The notes beneath the pieces were generated by a model. That model worked only from the letters and a program-made list of their open reading frames with translations, made no database searches and was not told where the DNA came from. Shown here in pieces: positions 1 through 12,900 of a stretch of 64,000 bases of DNA. The DNA is from Lingula anatina (Eukaryota > Animalia > Brachiopoda): the NCBI GenBank assembly GCA_051362555.1, contig CM120648.1, positions 19,216,587-19,280,586 on the forward strand, in the 5' to 3' direction. Both the position numbers and the translations under genes were made by a program. Every line of letters starts with the position of its first letter. Position 1 is the stretch's first letter.

Positions 1-2119
1 TGTCATCCACATAACACAAAAAAGTTATGGACCGATTTTGCAGAAATTTTCAGGAACTGTCGGAAGTGGGCCAAAGAGGACAATGATTAATTTTTGGTGG
101 TGGTCCGGATCAATAATCAATCAATTATCAATAATAATCAACAATTGCTGCCTTGGCAGAGGTCTGCACTCTCAAAGTGCTTTTCTAGTTTTGTTGTTTT
201 CCTTTATAATTTTTTCTCAAACACTTGCATTTGTGACTTTTAACTCTCATCTGCCTGGGGCTCTGCACATTTTCTGTATTTCTACATAAGCAGTTGTATT
301 GTTTTTTATGTCTTTAAACATTATGTAATATTATTTTATGCACTGTCATCATTTTTCAAATATTGAGACTTTCATAATGTGAATTTGAACTCTCATGGTC
401 CTGAAACTGTAATCTTATTGAAGGGGTGGATTGAGGCCATCTTCTGGGTCTTCCAGAAGACATTCAGGTTATTAAGTTTATATTGACTGGTATCTATTTT
501 TTTCTGTTGGAAGACCATCAAAATGGAGGATGGATCAACATAGATACTTTGTAATACTGTCAGAAAATATCTCTGGGTCTGCTCCTGTTATTGACCATGT
601 TACCTGTTGTGCAAGATTAAAATTCAGTGTTGACTGACAGTGCTATTATAAGCATTATTTATTATTGCATCAAAATTGACAAAATGACCTTTTTTGCATC
701 TTTATTTTCTGTTTTTTGTCTGTACATTTGTCAGCTTTGCTGCCTTGTTGCATCTTTATTTTCTGTTTTTTTGTCTGTACATTTGACAGCTTTGCTGCCT
801 TGTTTTACTTTAAAAGGGTTTTAGTGGGCATATTAGAATATTCAGACATGTCCCTATATAACAAATTGCTTAGAATCCTGTTCTGTGCAATTGAGCCAAT
901 TTTCATGCTTGTAGTTTTAAGTGCATGATGAATTCACCATACTGCTGCTGTGAGTGGCCTTTTTTTCTTATTTTTGGATGCCATTTTGGATTTCTATACA
1001 CTTAAAGAATCAAATATTGATACTTCATGCATACCATAGTCTTGTCTAACCATAAAAGTTATTATAGGATTATATATACTTGTTTTAATTTTTAACGGGT
1101 ATTTGTGTCGGCTATATTGGATTTGGGGGCCATATATTGAAATTTTTAGACATGCTCATACATCCAAAAGTGCTTGGAATCCTGTTTTACAACTGTACCA
1201 AATGCAATGCTTGTAGTTTTTGATGAATTAACCACTCTGCTGGATATCTTGGATTAGTAGAGTGCTTTTTACTATTGACGGCCATTTTGGATTTAATACA
1301 CCTAAAAAAGCAAATATTGATTCTGAATTCATACCGTGGTGTTTTTTAACATTTGTATGATATTTACGCCCTTAAAAGACTATATACTTGAAGTTTTAAT
1401 TAGAAGCCGTATTTTTTGGAGGCCATCTTGGATTTGAAGGCCATTTTTAAATTTTCAGATATGCCCATACATCCAAACTTGCTCAAAATTTCATTTTCCA
1501 CAAACCTGCCAAATTTTATGCTTGTAGTTTTAAGTGCTTGATGAAATGGATATCTTGAATAAATGGTCTGCTTTTTTTTACTTTTGGCGGCCATTTTGGA
1601 TTTAATACACCTGAAGGATTCATACCATGGTGTTTTCTAATCTTTATATGATATTTTAAGTCATTAGAAGACTATGTACTTGAAGTTTTAATTTGAAAAG
1701 GTATTTTGGTTGCCATATTGGATTTGACGGCCATTTTGGAATTTTCAGACATGCCCATATATCCTAATTTGCTTAGAATTTTATTGTCCATAAGTGTGCC
1801 AAATTTCATGCTTGTAGGTAAAAAATGCACAATTTTTCACCAATTTCCTGGACTATTACATCGTTATATGCTGTTGTGCATAATTAAATTTTGGGGTTGA
1901 CTGTGCAGTTAAGCATTGTATTACATTAGAACTGACAGTCTCCTATTTTGTGCATTATTATTTTCTGCTTTTTTAAAACTGTGACTTAGATATTTCATGG
2001 GCCTGAATACCTTTGCTAGTCACATTTGGGTGACAAGCCTCTAATCTTCCCTTGAGGAACTACTAGCTAAATTCAGAGCTATAAGGTCACTTGCCTAATT
2101 AAGTTTCAAGTGGCAATTA

Positions 2120-2378
2120 AATGAGATTATATAAATCACACATGTTGAGATTCCCTGTAAACTCCCATAGGTTAAGTTCTCTGCCAGATAACAGTGTCCA
2201 TAATAAAATGAGATTATATAAAACACACATGTTGAGATTCCCTGTAAACTCCCATAGGTTAAGTTCTCTGCCAGATAACAGTGTCCATAATAAAATGAGA
2301 TTATATAAAACACACATGTTGAGATTCCCTGTAAACTCCCATAGGTTAAGTTCTCTGCCAGATAACAGTGTCCATAAT
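2120..2378. repeat. 87-bp tandem repeat, 3 copies
   Basis: atgagattata...gtgtccataa at 2121, 2208 and 2295; ORFs show 29-aa periodicity. Confidence 0.9.
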
Positions 2379-3768
2379 AGGGAAGCAGTGATAATTATGC
2401 AGGTAAATGTTGTTTGATATTGCAAATAAGTTTTCAAAAAAATACATTGTATATAATGCCAACATTAATGCTGTATATGAACAACAGTGCCTTATTATCC
2501 TCAAACTCAATGGGGTTATTCATAACATGCTTATACATTAAGACTAAAAGTTTGAAAAGCAGCTTTACTGGAATAATTTTGTTGTTTTGTTTTTAATTTT
2601 TTCAAACACTGAGAATTTCAACTGAATTTTTAACTCCCCTCCACCTGAAGCTCTGCACATTTTCTGTTTTTCTACATAAGCATTTGTATTGGTATTTATG
2701 TCTTCAAACATTATGTAACATTATATTATTCTATGCACTGCTTTCATTTGTCATATTGTGATTTTCATCATGTGAATTTGAACTCTCGTGGTCCTGAAAC
2801 TGTGATCTTATCATAGGGGCAGATTTGGATCGTCTTCAGGGTTTTCCAGAAGACGGTCAGATTTTAAAGTTTACATTGACGGGTATCTATTTTTTCTGTT
2901 GGAAGACCATCAAAAATGGAGGATGGATTAACAAAGACATTATAAAATACTGTCAGAAAATACATTTGGATCCGCTCCTGTTATTGACCATGTTACCTGT
3001 TGTGCATGACTTAAATTCAGTGTCGATTGACTGTGCTATTACAAGTATTATTTATTATTGCATCAAAAGGAGAAATTAACCTATTTTCTGCATCTTTAGT
3101 CACGATCTTCTGCATGGTTTTAGTCACGACCTGTCTCGTACAGCTCCGCCGGCTAATGCGGCTCCGCCGGCTCCATAGTCGGGCGTCGGAAACAAGTCAC
3201 CGTTACCACTTCTCATCCTAGACCGCCAGGACCTGTGTCCCCATCTCTTGGATTTAGGTCACATATAATCTCAACTTGAACACCCTGATTTTTTTGTCTC
3301 TGTCAGTGCATTGGCCTGGGCCCGGCGTGACACTTGTTGAAAGGCACCCTTGTAAACATTTTTGAAAATTCAAGGCTAAATATCTCCCAAACCAAAGGAA
3401 TTATGGGAAAAATTACTACAGAAGTCTGACCGAAAGTCATATGTGGAGATTCCAAATATGCCCTTGGATTTGACTTTAGACCTTTTTTTCAAGGTCAAAC
3501 AAGGTCTAAAAATGGGAATTTTCTGCAAAAAAAAATTTTGTTTGTGCTATTTTTTTGGAAACTTCACAGATCTAAGCTCTTCTGTTATAGTGAGGGGTCT
3601 CAATTGGGGACTCCTTTCATCTCTGGGAGTTAGGGGTCAATCGGTGCATTTTCACGGGAGAAGCAGCCATTAGATACCGAAACTGAATTCTGGAATGGTA
3701 AATGCCAGAGACCTTTTGTTCATCTCATTATGTAGAATATGCAAGTGCAATACTGGAGGTGGTGTCCA

Positions 3769-6455
3769 TTTATTGTACCACCAGCGTTAGCGCTGGCGGT
3801 ACACATGGTTTTAGTCCCGTCCGGTCCGTTCCGCCGGCTCTGCCGGCTCAGCCGCCATGTTACCGTTACCGCTTCTCCTCCTAGACGTTAAGGGCTCCCA
3901 TACCCATCTCTTGGATTTAGGTCACCTATAATCTCAACTCCTTCCACGTAAAATTTGGGCTTTGTCGGTATTGGGGTCTAGGTGTGGCATTCATTGCAAT
4001 GCACCCTTGTCCAAAAATGGCAAAATTAAATGCTAATTATCTACCCTACGGAAGGAATTATGGGAAAAAATTTCTACAGACAGCTTTCCAAAAGTCATAT
4101 GTGTAGATTTCAAATATGCCCTTGGATTTGACCTTTGACCTTTATTTCAAGGTCAAACGGGCCAAAATTTTCAAAAAAAAGAATTTTTTTACGAAAAAAA
4201 AATTATTTGCGCTGTTATTCAGACACCACACAGACTTAACCAATAATATTATTGGAAAATGTTACCCTTCAGGTCATCTTTCATCTCCGTGAATTTGGGG
4301 TCAATCGGTGCATTTTCACGGGAGTAGCGGCCATAAGATGCCGAAACTGAAAACTGTCTCTAATTCGGGAACCGTTAATGCTAGAGACCCATTCTTTTTT
4401 GCATTTTGTAGAGCATGTAAAACCCAACACTGAAGGTGGTCTCCGTTTTTTTGTATTCCAAACAGTTTTCGAGTTACGCTATCAAAAAGTACATATTGGT
4501 GGTGAAAGCAAAATGTGCAGTACAGTATAGTCAGGAGGCTATGTCCAAATTTTATCCAGAATTGTGCAATAGATGATAAAAGCATGAAACAATAGATGAT
4601 AAAAGCATGAAACTTTCCACGATGAATGACCATTGGGTGTTCGTCTATTTTGGATCGGGGGGTTGACAAACACCCAATGGTCATTCATCGTGGAAAATTT
4701 CATGCTTTTATCATCTTTTGCAGAAATCTGGATAAAATTTGGACATAGCCTCCTGACTACTTTTCAACATGAACTAAACTTTGCATATTTTGCTTCCCTT
4801 TTTTCTCCAAAACTGGCAGAGATAGGTCCATAGTTACTATTGAACTTGAATAGGAAGTCATATACTGGCAATCTAAATGTGACCTTGAAATTGACCTTTG
4901 ACCTACTTTTCACCATGAACTAACCTTTGCAAATTTTGCTTCCCTTTTATCTCCAAAACTGGCAGAGATAGGTCTATAGTTACTATTGAACTTGAATAGG
5001 AAGTAATATACTGGCAATCTAAATGTGACCTTGAAATTAACCTTTGACCTACTTTTCACCATGAACTGAACTTTGCAAATTTTGCTTCCCTTTTATCTCC
5101 CAAACTGGCAGAGATAGGTCCATAGTTACCATTGAACTTGAATGGGAAGTCACATACTGGCAATCTAAGTGTGACCTTGAAATTGACATTTGACCTACTT
5201 TTCACCATGAACTAACCTTTGCAAATTTTGCTTCCCTTTTATCTCCAAAACTGGCAGAGATAGGTCCATAGTTACTATTGAACTTTAATAGGAAGTCATA
5301 TACTGGCAATCCAAATGTGACCTTGAAATTGACCTTTGACCTACTTTTCGCCATGAACTGAACTTTGCAAATTTTGCTGCCCTTTTATCTCCAAAACTGG
5401 CAGAGATAGGTCCATAGTTACTATTGAACTTGAATAGGAAGTCATACACTGGCAATCTAAATGTGACCTTGAAATTGACCTTTGACTTACTTTTCACCAT
5501 GAACTGAATTTTGCAAATTTTGCTTCCCTTTTATCTCCAAAACTGGCAGAGATAGGTCCATAGATACTATTGAACTTGAATAGGAAGTCATATACTGGCA
5601 ATCTAAATGTGACCTTGAAATTGACCTTTGACCTACTTTTCACCATGAACTGAATTTTGCAAATTTTGCTTCCCTTTTATCTCCAAAACTGGCAGAGATA
5701 GGTCCATAGATACTATTGAACTTGAATAGGAAGTCATATACTGGCAATCTAAATGTGACCTTGAAATTGACCTTTGACCTACTTTTCACCATGAACTGAA
5801 CTTTGCAAATTTTGCTTCCCTTTTATCTCCAAAACTGGCAGAGATAGGTCCATAGTTACTATTGAAGTTGAATAGGAAGCCATACACTGGCAATCTAAGT
5901 GTGACCTTGAAATTGACCTTTGACCTACTTTTCACCATGAACTAAACTTTGCATATTTTGCTTCCCTTTTTTCTCCAAAACTGGCAGAGATAGGTCCAAA
6001 GTTACTATTGAATTTGAATAGGAAGTCATATACTGGCAATCTTACTGTGACCTTGAAATTGACCTTTGACCTACTATTTATGATGAACTGCACTTTGCAT
6101 GTTTCCTGGTCTTCGTATCTCCAACATTGGCAAAGAAATGCCCAAAGCTACTATTGAACTTATATAGGAAGTCATACACTGTGACCTTGAAATTGACCTT
6201 TGACCTATTTTTTTTACCACAAACTGAACTCTGCATATTTTCTTGCCCTTCATATCTTCAAAACTAGCAGAGATCGGCCCAGTGTTGTCCCTAGGTTTTC
6301 TCTTTTGTCAGGATACTGGTATATGCAATACTGATAATGCATTTCAAGGAAAACCAATAGGCCTATTGTCTAGAAAATAACAGGAGTGATCAGTGTAAGG
6401 AAAATACAGGTCAATTTGAACATCTCCTTGATTGGACCATTTAAATTGTTGTTTT

Positions 6456-6486
<31 letters not shown>

Positions 6487-6650
6487 TTTTTTTTTTTTTT
6501 TTTTTTGCATATTTTGAGAACTTTTGTTTATTGCATTTTATAGAGCTTGTCAAGCACAAGACTGGTGGTGATGTCCAATTTGTTTTTTTTTTTTTTGGGG
6601 GGGGGGTCCAGCTTGTGGTACAATATCCAGAGGCGGCCATTATACTTTTT
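3769..6650 (+). mobile_element. Helentron-like non-autonomous element (HINE/DINE-type, family B) with internal 146-bp satellite
   Basis: 5' TT plus palindrome taccaccagcg-cgctggcggta and a CCGGCT microsatellite; ~10 x 146-bp units (4760-6280); 3' gtggtacaa inverted repeat. Confidence 0.7.
4760..6280. repeat. 146-bp satellite array (~10 copies) rich in TGACCT
   Basis: ctccaaaactggcagagatagg recurs at 4951, 5097, 5243 and onward. Confidence 0.95.
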
Positions 6651-6880
6651 GTGCCTTGAAGACTGGGCGCTTGATAGCAATTATACTTGATCTTATTAGA
6701 CACATTTTCAATGTAATTTATTCATTTTTTTACAATATTTATACAATATCCCGAAGTTAAATTATATGTTAAAATTTTGGAAAGAAATTCCTTTATCTTA
6801 GCCCTGTTTTTGTTTTCTTTAAAGTTGAGTCATTTTCTGCTAGAATGGTGTTTGATATTATTCTTCTCTTTATTCTACAG

Positions 6881-6931
6881 CCGCTCCCCCTGATGACAGT
6901 GAATCACCTGCCTCTCCTGACAAAACAGCAG
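6881..6931 (+). CDS. 51-nt phase 1-1 exon (APPDDSESPASPDKTA), low-complexity linker upstream of Roc G3
   Basis: Strong polypyrimidine tract ending ctacag, donor CAG|gtaagt, unique sequence among repeats. Confidence 0.6.
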
Positions 6932-9900
6932 GTAAGTAGTGTACATGTACTAGTAAAACAAGATTCTCGTCTATTGCTCAGAATGTTCCAGAGTTGTTCT
7001 TAGCTTGTCGATTAAGTATGTGAGTTCCTGCATTCTTATTTTCATCAAACTGTATGAATAATGTTACGTTGAAATTGACTATACCTTACAATTTTAATTG
7101 TTATGTACAGACACAGATGTGTCTGTACATATTGCCATCACCTGCGTCTGTCATCGCCAATGGCGATGCCGATGGCGATGCCGGTGCCGTGCACTTTCCT
7201 TGTAAACACGATAAGTGGAGGGCAGTTTTACTTTTTGGCTTTATATTTACAGAGCTGATGAATATTCATAAAACGCAGGTCAAGTTCGAAAATCACCATG
7301 ATCGGGCCATTATTGTAGAAGTTATGCTGTTTTTTCACTTTTCAGCATATTTTTCATATTTCCTCAGATTCAATTCTTAGGCATGTTAACAGTCTCATTA
7401 TTAAACTAATAAGATACGTAAAAGTGTTTGTTTGACATTTCCTGCATCTTTACAACATTGTCAGTTGATTATGTAAAAATGATGATAAATTTGTTATCGT
7501 GTATTGTGTAATGAAGTGTCAAAAATGGAAATAAACACATATCATTGCAGTTTGTCAGATTCCACTATCATCCACTATGTTCAGAGTCTCAGAATGGAGG
7601 AAATTGGACATTTAACACTGTTCTATCGATATTTTTCCCATCTCATCAATTTTCTTAGTTGATCATATAAAAATGGCAGTAAACTGTTAATTTTGTTTTA
7701 TGTTAAAAATTGTTAAAAATGGAGAAAAAAAACATTTCAGAACAGTGCTGTCTTGTTTACATTTTGGCATTTTCAAGTTGTGACTTTGAAGTTCCATGGG
7801 CCTGAAGACCTTTGCTAGTTACATTTTCTGAATATCCATGATACTAATATGTTATTATTAAAAATTGATGGTCATTATGCTGTTAAACATTATGTAATAT
7901 TGCATCAAAATTTGAAAAAAACCTATTTTGGGCACTGCTCCCATGATGACCATTTAAGAAAAACCATGTCACTTACTGTTCTCAAACAGTACAGTAAATA
8001 TATATAGATGTGTCTGTACATATTGCCATCACCTGCGTCTGTCGTCCCCGTCATTGCCGTCGCCGGCGCCGTGCACTTTCATTGTAAACATGATAAGTGG
8101 AAGGCAGTTTTACTTTTTGGCTTTATATTTACAGAGCTGATGAATATTCATAAAACGCAGGTCAAGTTCGAAAATCAGCATGATCGGGTCATTATTGTAG
8201 AAGTTATGCTTTATTTTTCACTTTTCAGCATATATGCAACACTGTAAACACATTCCAAGGAAAACCGATAGGCATGTTGTCATGAAACTCACAGGAGTAA
8301 TCTATCTTACTAAAACGCAGGTCAAATCCGCATGATCAGGCCACTATTTTAGTAGTTATGCTTTTTTATGTACAGACACAGATGTGTCTGTACATAAAGC
8401 CATCATCTGCGTCTGTCGTCGCCGTCGCCGTTGGCGTGCACTTTTACCGTAAACACGATAATTGAAAAAATGTTTTCCCTTTTGGCTTGAAACTTACAGA
8501 ACTGATGAATATTCATAATACGTCACTTAAGTTCGAAAATCAGCATGATCGGGTCATTTTTAGGGAAGTGATGCTTTTTTTTTCACTTTTTTCAGCAGAT
8601 ATGCAACACCGTAAACACAATAATTGAAAAACCGTTTATATATATATAATCAAAGATTAAAAGTTTGAAAAGCAGCTTCATTGAAATTATATTTACCTCA
8701 GGCTCTGCCAAAGAGGTTATATTTGTACCACCAGCGTTAGCGCTGGCGGTACACATGGTTTCAGTCCCGTCCGGATCGTTCTGCCGGCTCCGCCGGCTCC
8801 GTTGGCTCCGCCGGCTCCGCCGGACGGCTACCGTTACCGCTTCTCCTCCTAGGTGGTAAGGCCCCCCGTACCCATCTCTTGGATTTAGGTCACCTATAAT
8901 CTCAACTCGTTCCACGTAAAATTTGGGCTTTGTCGGTATTGGGGTCTGGGTGTGGCACTCATTGAAATGCACCCTTGTCCAAAAATGGCAAAATTAAATG
9001 CTAATTATCTACCCTACGGAAGGGGTTATGGGAAAATTTTCTACAGACGGCTTTCCAAAAGTCATATGTGTAGATTTCAAATATGCCCTTGGACTTGACC
9101 TTTGACCTTTACTTCAAGGTCAAACGAGCCAAAATTTTCAAAAAAATTAAATTTTTTACGAAAAAAATTTTTTTTGCCCTGTCATTCAGACACCACACAG
9201 ACTTATAATATTATTGGAAAGTGTTACCCTTCTGGTCTTCCTTCATCTCCGTGAATTTGGGGTCAATCAGTGCATTTTCACCGGAGTAGCGGCCATAAGA
9301 TGGCGAAACTGAAAACTGTCTCTAATTCGGGAACCGTTAATGCTAGAGACCCATTCTTTTTTGCATTTTGTAGAGCACGTAAAGCCCAACACTGAAGGTG
9401 GTCTCCGTTTTTTTGTATTCCGTACGGTTTTCAAGTTATGCTGTATCAAAAAGTACATATTGGTGGTGAAAGCAAAATGTGCAGTACGGTAATGGATAAT
9501 AAATTTTGAACTCTGGAAAAATAAAACATAAGGCTTGGCAAAGCAGACAACTTGTTGTCAAAAATGACATTATTTCATCAAATTTGAACTTCTGGAACTT
9601 CAGAGCACCTCCCATTTCAAGAATTTTGACCAAAATGACCTTTTCTTTATTTTAATTAATTTTTGCTGTAGGAAATTTATGGCACATTAAGGTAATTCCA
9701 AAATTATAACATTTAGTCCCTTATATCTCCAAAACTGGCAGAGATAGGTCCATAGTTACTATTGAAGTTGAATATGAAGTCATATACTGGCAATCTTACT
9801 GTGACCTTGAAATTGACCTTTGACCTACTTTTCACCATGAACTGAACTTTGCAAATTTTGCTTCCCTTTTATCTCCAAAACTGGCAGAGATAGGTCCATA

Positions 9901-12900
9901 ATTACTATTGAAGTTGAATAGGAAGTCATATACTGGCAATATAAATGTGACCTTCAAATTGACCTTTGACCTACTTTTCACCATGAATTGAACTTTGCAA
10001 ATTTTGCTTCCCTTTTATCTCCAAAACTGGCAGAGATAGGTCCATAGTTACTATTGTATTGAATAGGAAGTCATATACTGGCAATCTTACTGTGACCTTG
10101 AAATTGACCTTTGACCTACTTTTCACCATGAATTGAACTTTGCAAATTTTGCTTCCCTTTTATCTCCAAAACTGGCAGAGATAGGTCCATAGTTACTATT
10201 GAAGTTGAATAGGAAGTCATATACTGGCAATCTAAATGTGACCTTAATATTGACCTTTGACCTACTTTTCACCATGAACTGAACTTTGTAAATTTTGCTT
10301 CCCTTTTATCTCCAAATTTACGCTATATCAAAAAGTACATATTGGTGGTGAAAGCAAAATGTGCAGTACGGTAATGGATAATTAATTTTGAACTCCAGAA
10401 AAACAAAACATATGGCTTGGCAAAGCAGGCAACTTGTGGTCAAAAATGACATTGTTTCATCAAATTAGAACATCTGGAACCTCAGAGCACCTCCCATTTC
10501 AAGAATTTTGACCAAAATGACCTTTTCTTTATTTTGATTAATTTTTTCTGTAGGAAATTTATGGCACATTATGGTAACTCCAAAATTATAACATTTAGTC
10601 CCTTATATCTCCAAAACTGGCAGAGATAGGTCCATAGTTACTATTGAAGTTGAATAGAAAGACATATACTGGCAATCTTACTGTGACCTTGAAATTGACC
10701 TTTGACCTACTTTTCACCATGAACTGAACTTTGCAAATTTTGCTTCCCTTTTATCTCCAAAACTGGCAGAGATAGGTCCATAGTTTCTATTGAAGTTGAA
10801 TAGGAAGTCATATACTGGCAATCTAAATGTGACCTTAAAATTGACCTTTGACCTACTTTTCACCATGAACTGAACTTTGTAAATTTTGCTTCCCTTTTAT
10901 CTCCAAATTTACGCTGTATCAAAAAGTACATATTGGTGGTGAAAGCAAAATGTGCAGTACGGTAATGGATAATTAATTTTGAACTCCAGAAAAACAAAAC
11001 ATATGGCTTGGCAAAGCAGGCAACTTGTGGTCAAAAATGACATTGTTTCATCAAATTAGAACATCTGGAACCTCAGAGCACCTCCCATTTCAAGAATTTT
11101 GACCAAAATGACCTTTTATTTATTTTGATTAATTTTTTCTGTAGGAAATTTATGGCACATTATGGTAACTCCAAAATTATAACATTTAGTCCCTTATATC
11201 TCCAAAACTGGCAGAGATAGGTCCATAGTTACTATTGAAGTTGAATAGAAAGTCATATACTGGCAATCTTACTGTGACCTTGAAATTGACCTTTGACCTA
11301 CTTTTCACCATGAACTGAACTTTGCAAATTTTGCTTCCCTTTTATCTCCAAAACTGGCAGAGATAGGTCCATAGTTTCTATTGAAGTTGAATAGGAAGTC
11401 ATATACTGGCAATCTTACTGTGACCTTCAAATTGACCTTTGACCTACTTTTCACCTTGAATTGAACTTTGCAAATTTTGCTTCCCTTTTATCTCCAAAAC
11501 TGGCTGAGATAGGTCCATAGTTACTATTGAAGTTGAATAGGAAGTCTTATCCTGGCAATCTAAATGTGACCTTGAAATTGACCTTTGACCTACTTTTCAC
11601 CATGAATTGAACTTTGCAAATTTTGCTTCCCTTTTATCTCCAAAACTGGCAGAGATAGGTCTATAGTTACTATTGAAGTTGAATAGGAAGTCATACTGGC
11701 AATCTAAATGTGACTTTGAAATTGACCTTTGACCTACTTTTCACCATGAACTGAACTTTGCAAATTTTGCTTCTCTTTTATCTCCAAATTTACGCTGTAT
11801 CAAAAAGTACATATTGGTGGTGAAAGCAAAATGTGCAGTACGGTAATGGATAATTAATTTTGAACTCCAGAAAAATAAAACATAAGGCTTGGCAAAGCAG
11901 GCAACTTGTGGTCAAAAATGACATTATTTCATCAAATTAGAACATCTGGAACTTCAGAGCACCTCCCATTTCAAGAATTTTGACCAAAATGACCTTTTCT
12001 TTATTTTAATTAATTTTTTCTGTAGGAAATTTATGGCACATTATGGTAACTGCAAAATTATAACATTTAGTCCCTTATATCTCCAAAACTGGCAGAGATA
12101 GGTCCATAGTTACTATTGAAGTTGAATAGAAAGTCATATACTGACCATTTTTAATTATATTTTTTTGTATATTTTGAGAACTCCTGTTGATTGCATTTTA
12201 TAGAGCTTGTCAAGCACAAGACTGGTGATGGTGTCCCTTTTTGGAGGGGGGGTCAATACGAATGCGCTTACTCCAGCTGGTGGTACAATATCCGGAGGCG
12301 GTATCGCCTCTCTGATCCTCTAGTTTCACCCCTGTTTGTCTGTCATCTACATAACTCAAAAAGTTATGGACCGATTTTGCTGAAATTTTCACGAACTGTC
12401 AGAATTGGGCCAAAGAGGACAATGATAAGTTTTTAGTGGTGGTCTGGCTCAAAAATCAATCAATAATCAATAATAATCAACAATTGCTGCCTTGGCAGAG
12501 GTCTGCACTCTCAGTGGTATTCTAGTTTTGTTATGTTTTCCTTTACAATTTTTTCTCAAACGCTTGCATTTGTGACTTTTAACTTTCATCCGCTCGAGGC
12601 TCTGCACATTTTCTGTATTCTTTTAATGAATGTTAAAACATTCAGTGTTTATCACCCCGTTATGTTTTGAGCTTACCTACTTGTATTCATCAGAGAGGAT
12701 ACATTTAAAAAAAAAATTTTTTTTTTTTCGCAAATTGCCGATAAACCTTCAGAAACAGACGAAAGCTTCTAATGTATTTGATAACTGTTTCACAAAGTTA
12801 ATTGACACTAAACACATTCATATTTTGTCAATAATTACAATACTTTTTAATGCTAAAAAGATTTATTTTAACCGCACTGTTTATTGTACAGTCCCTTTCA

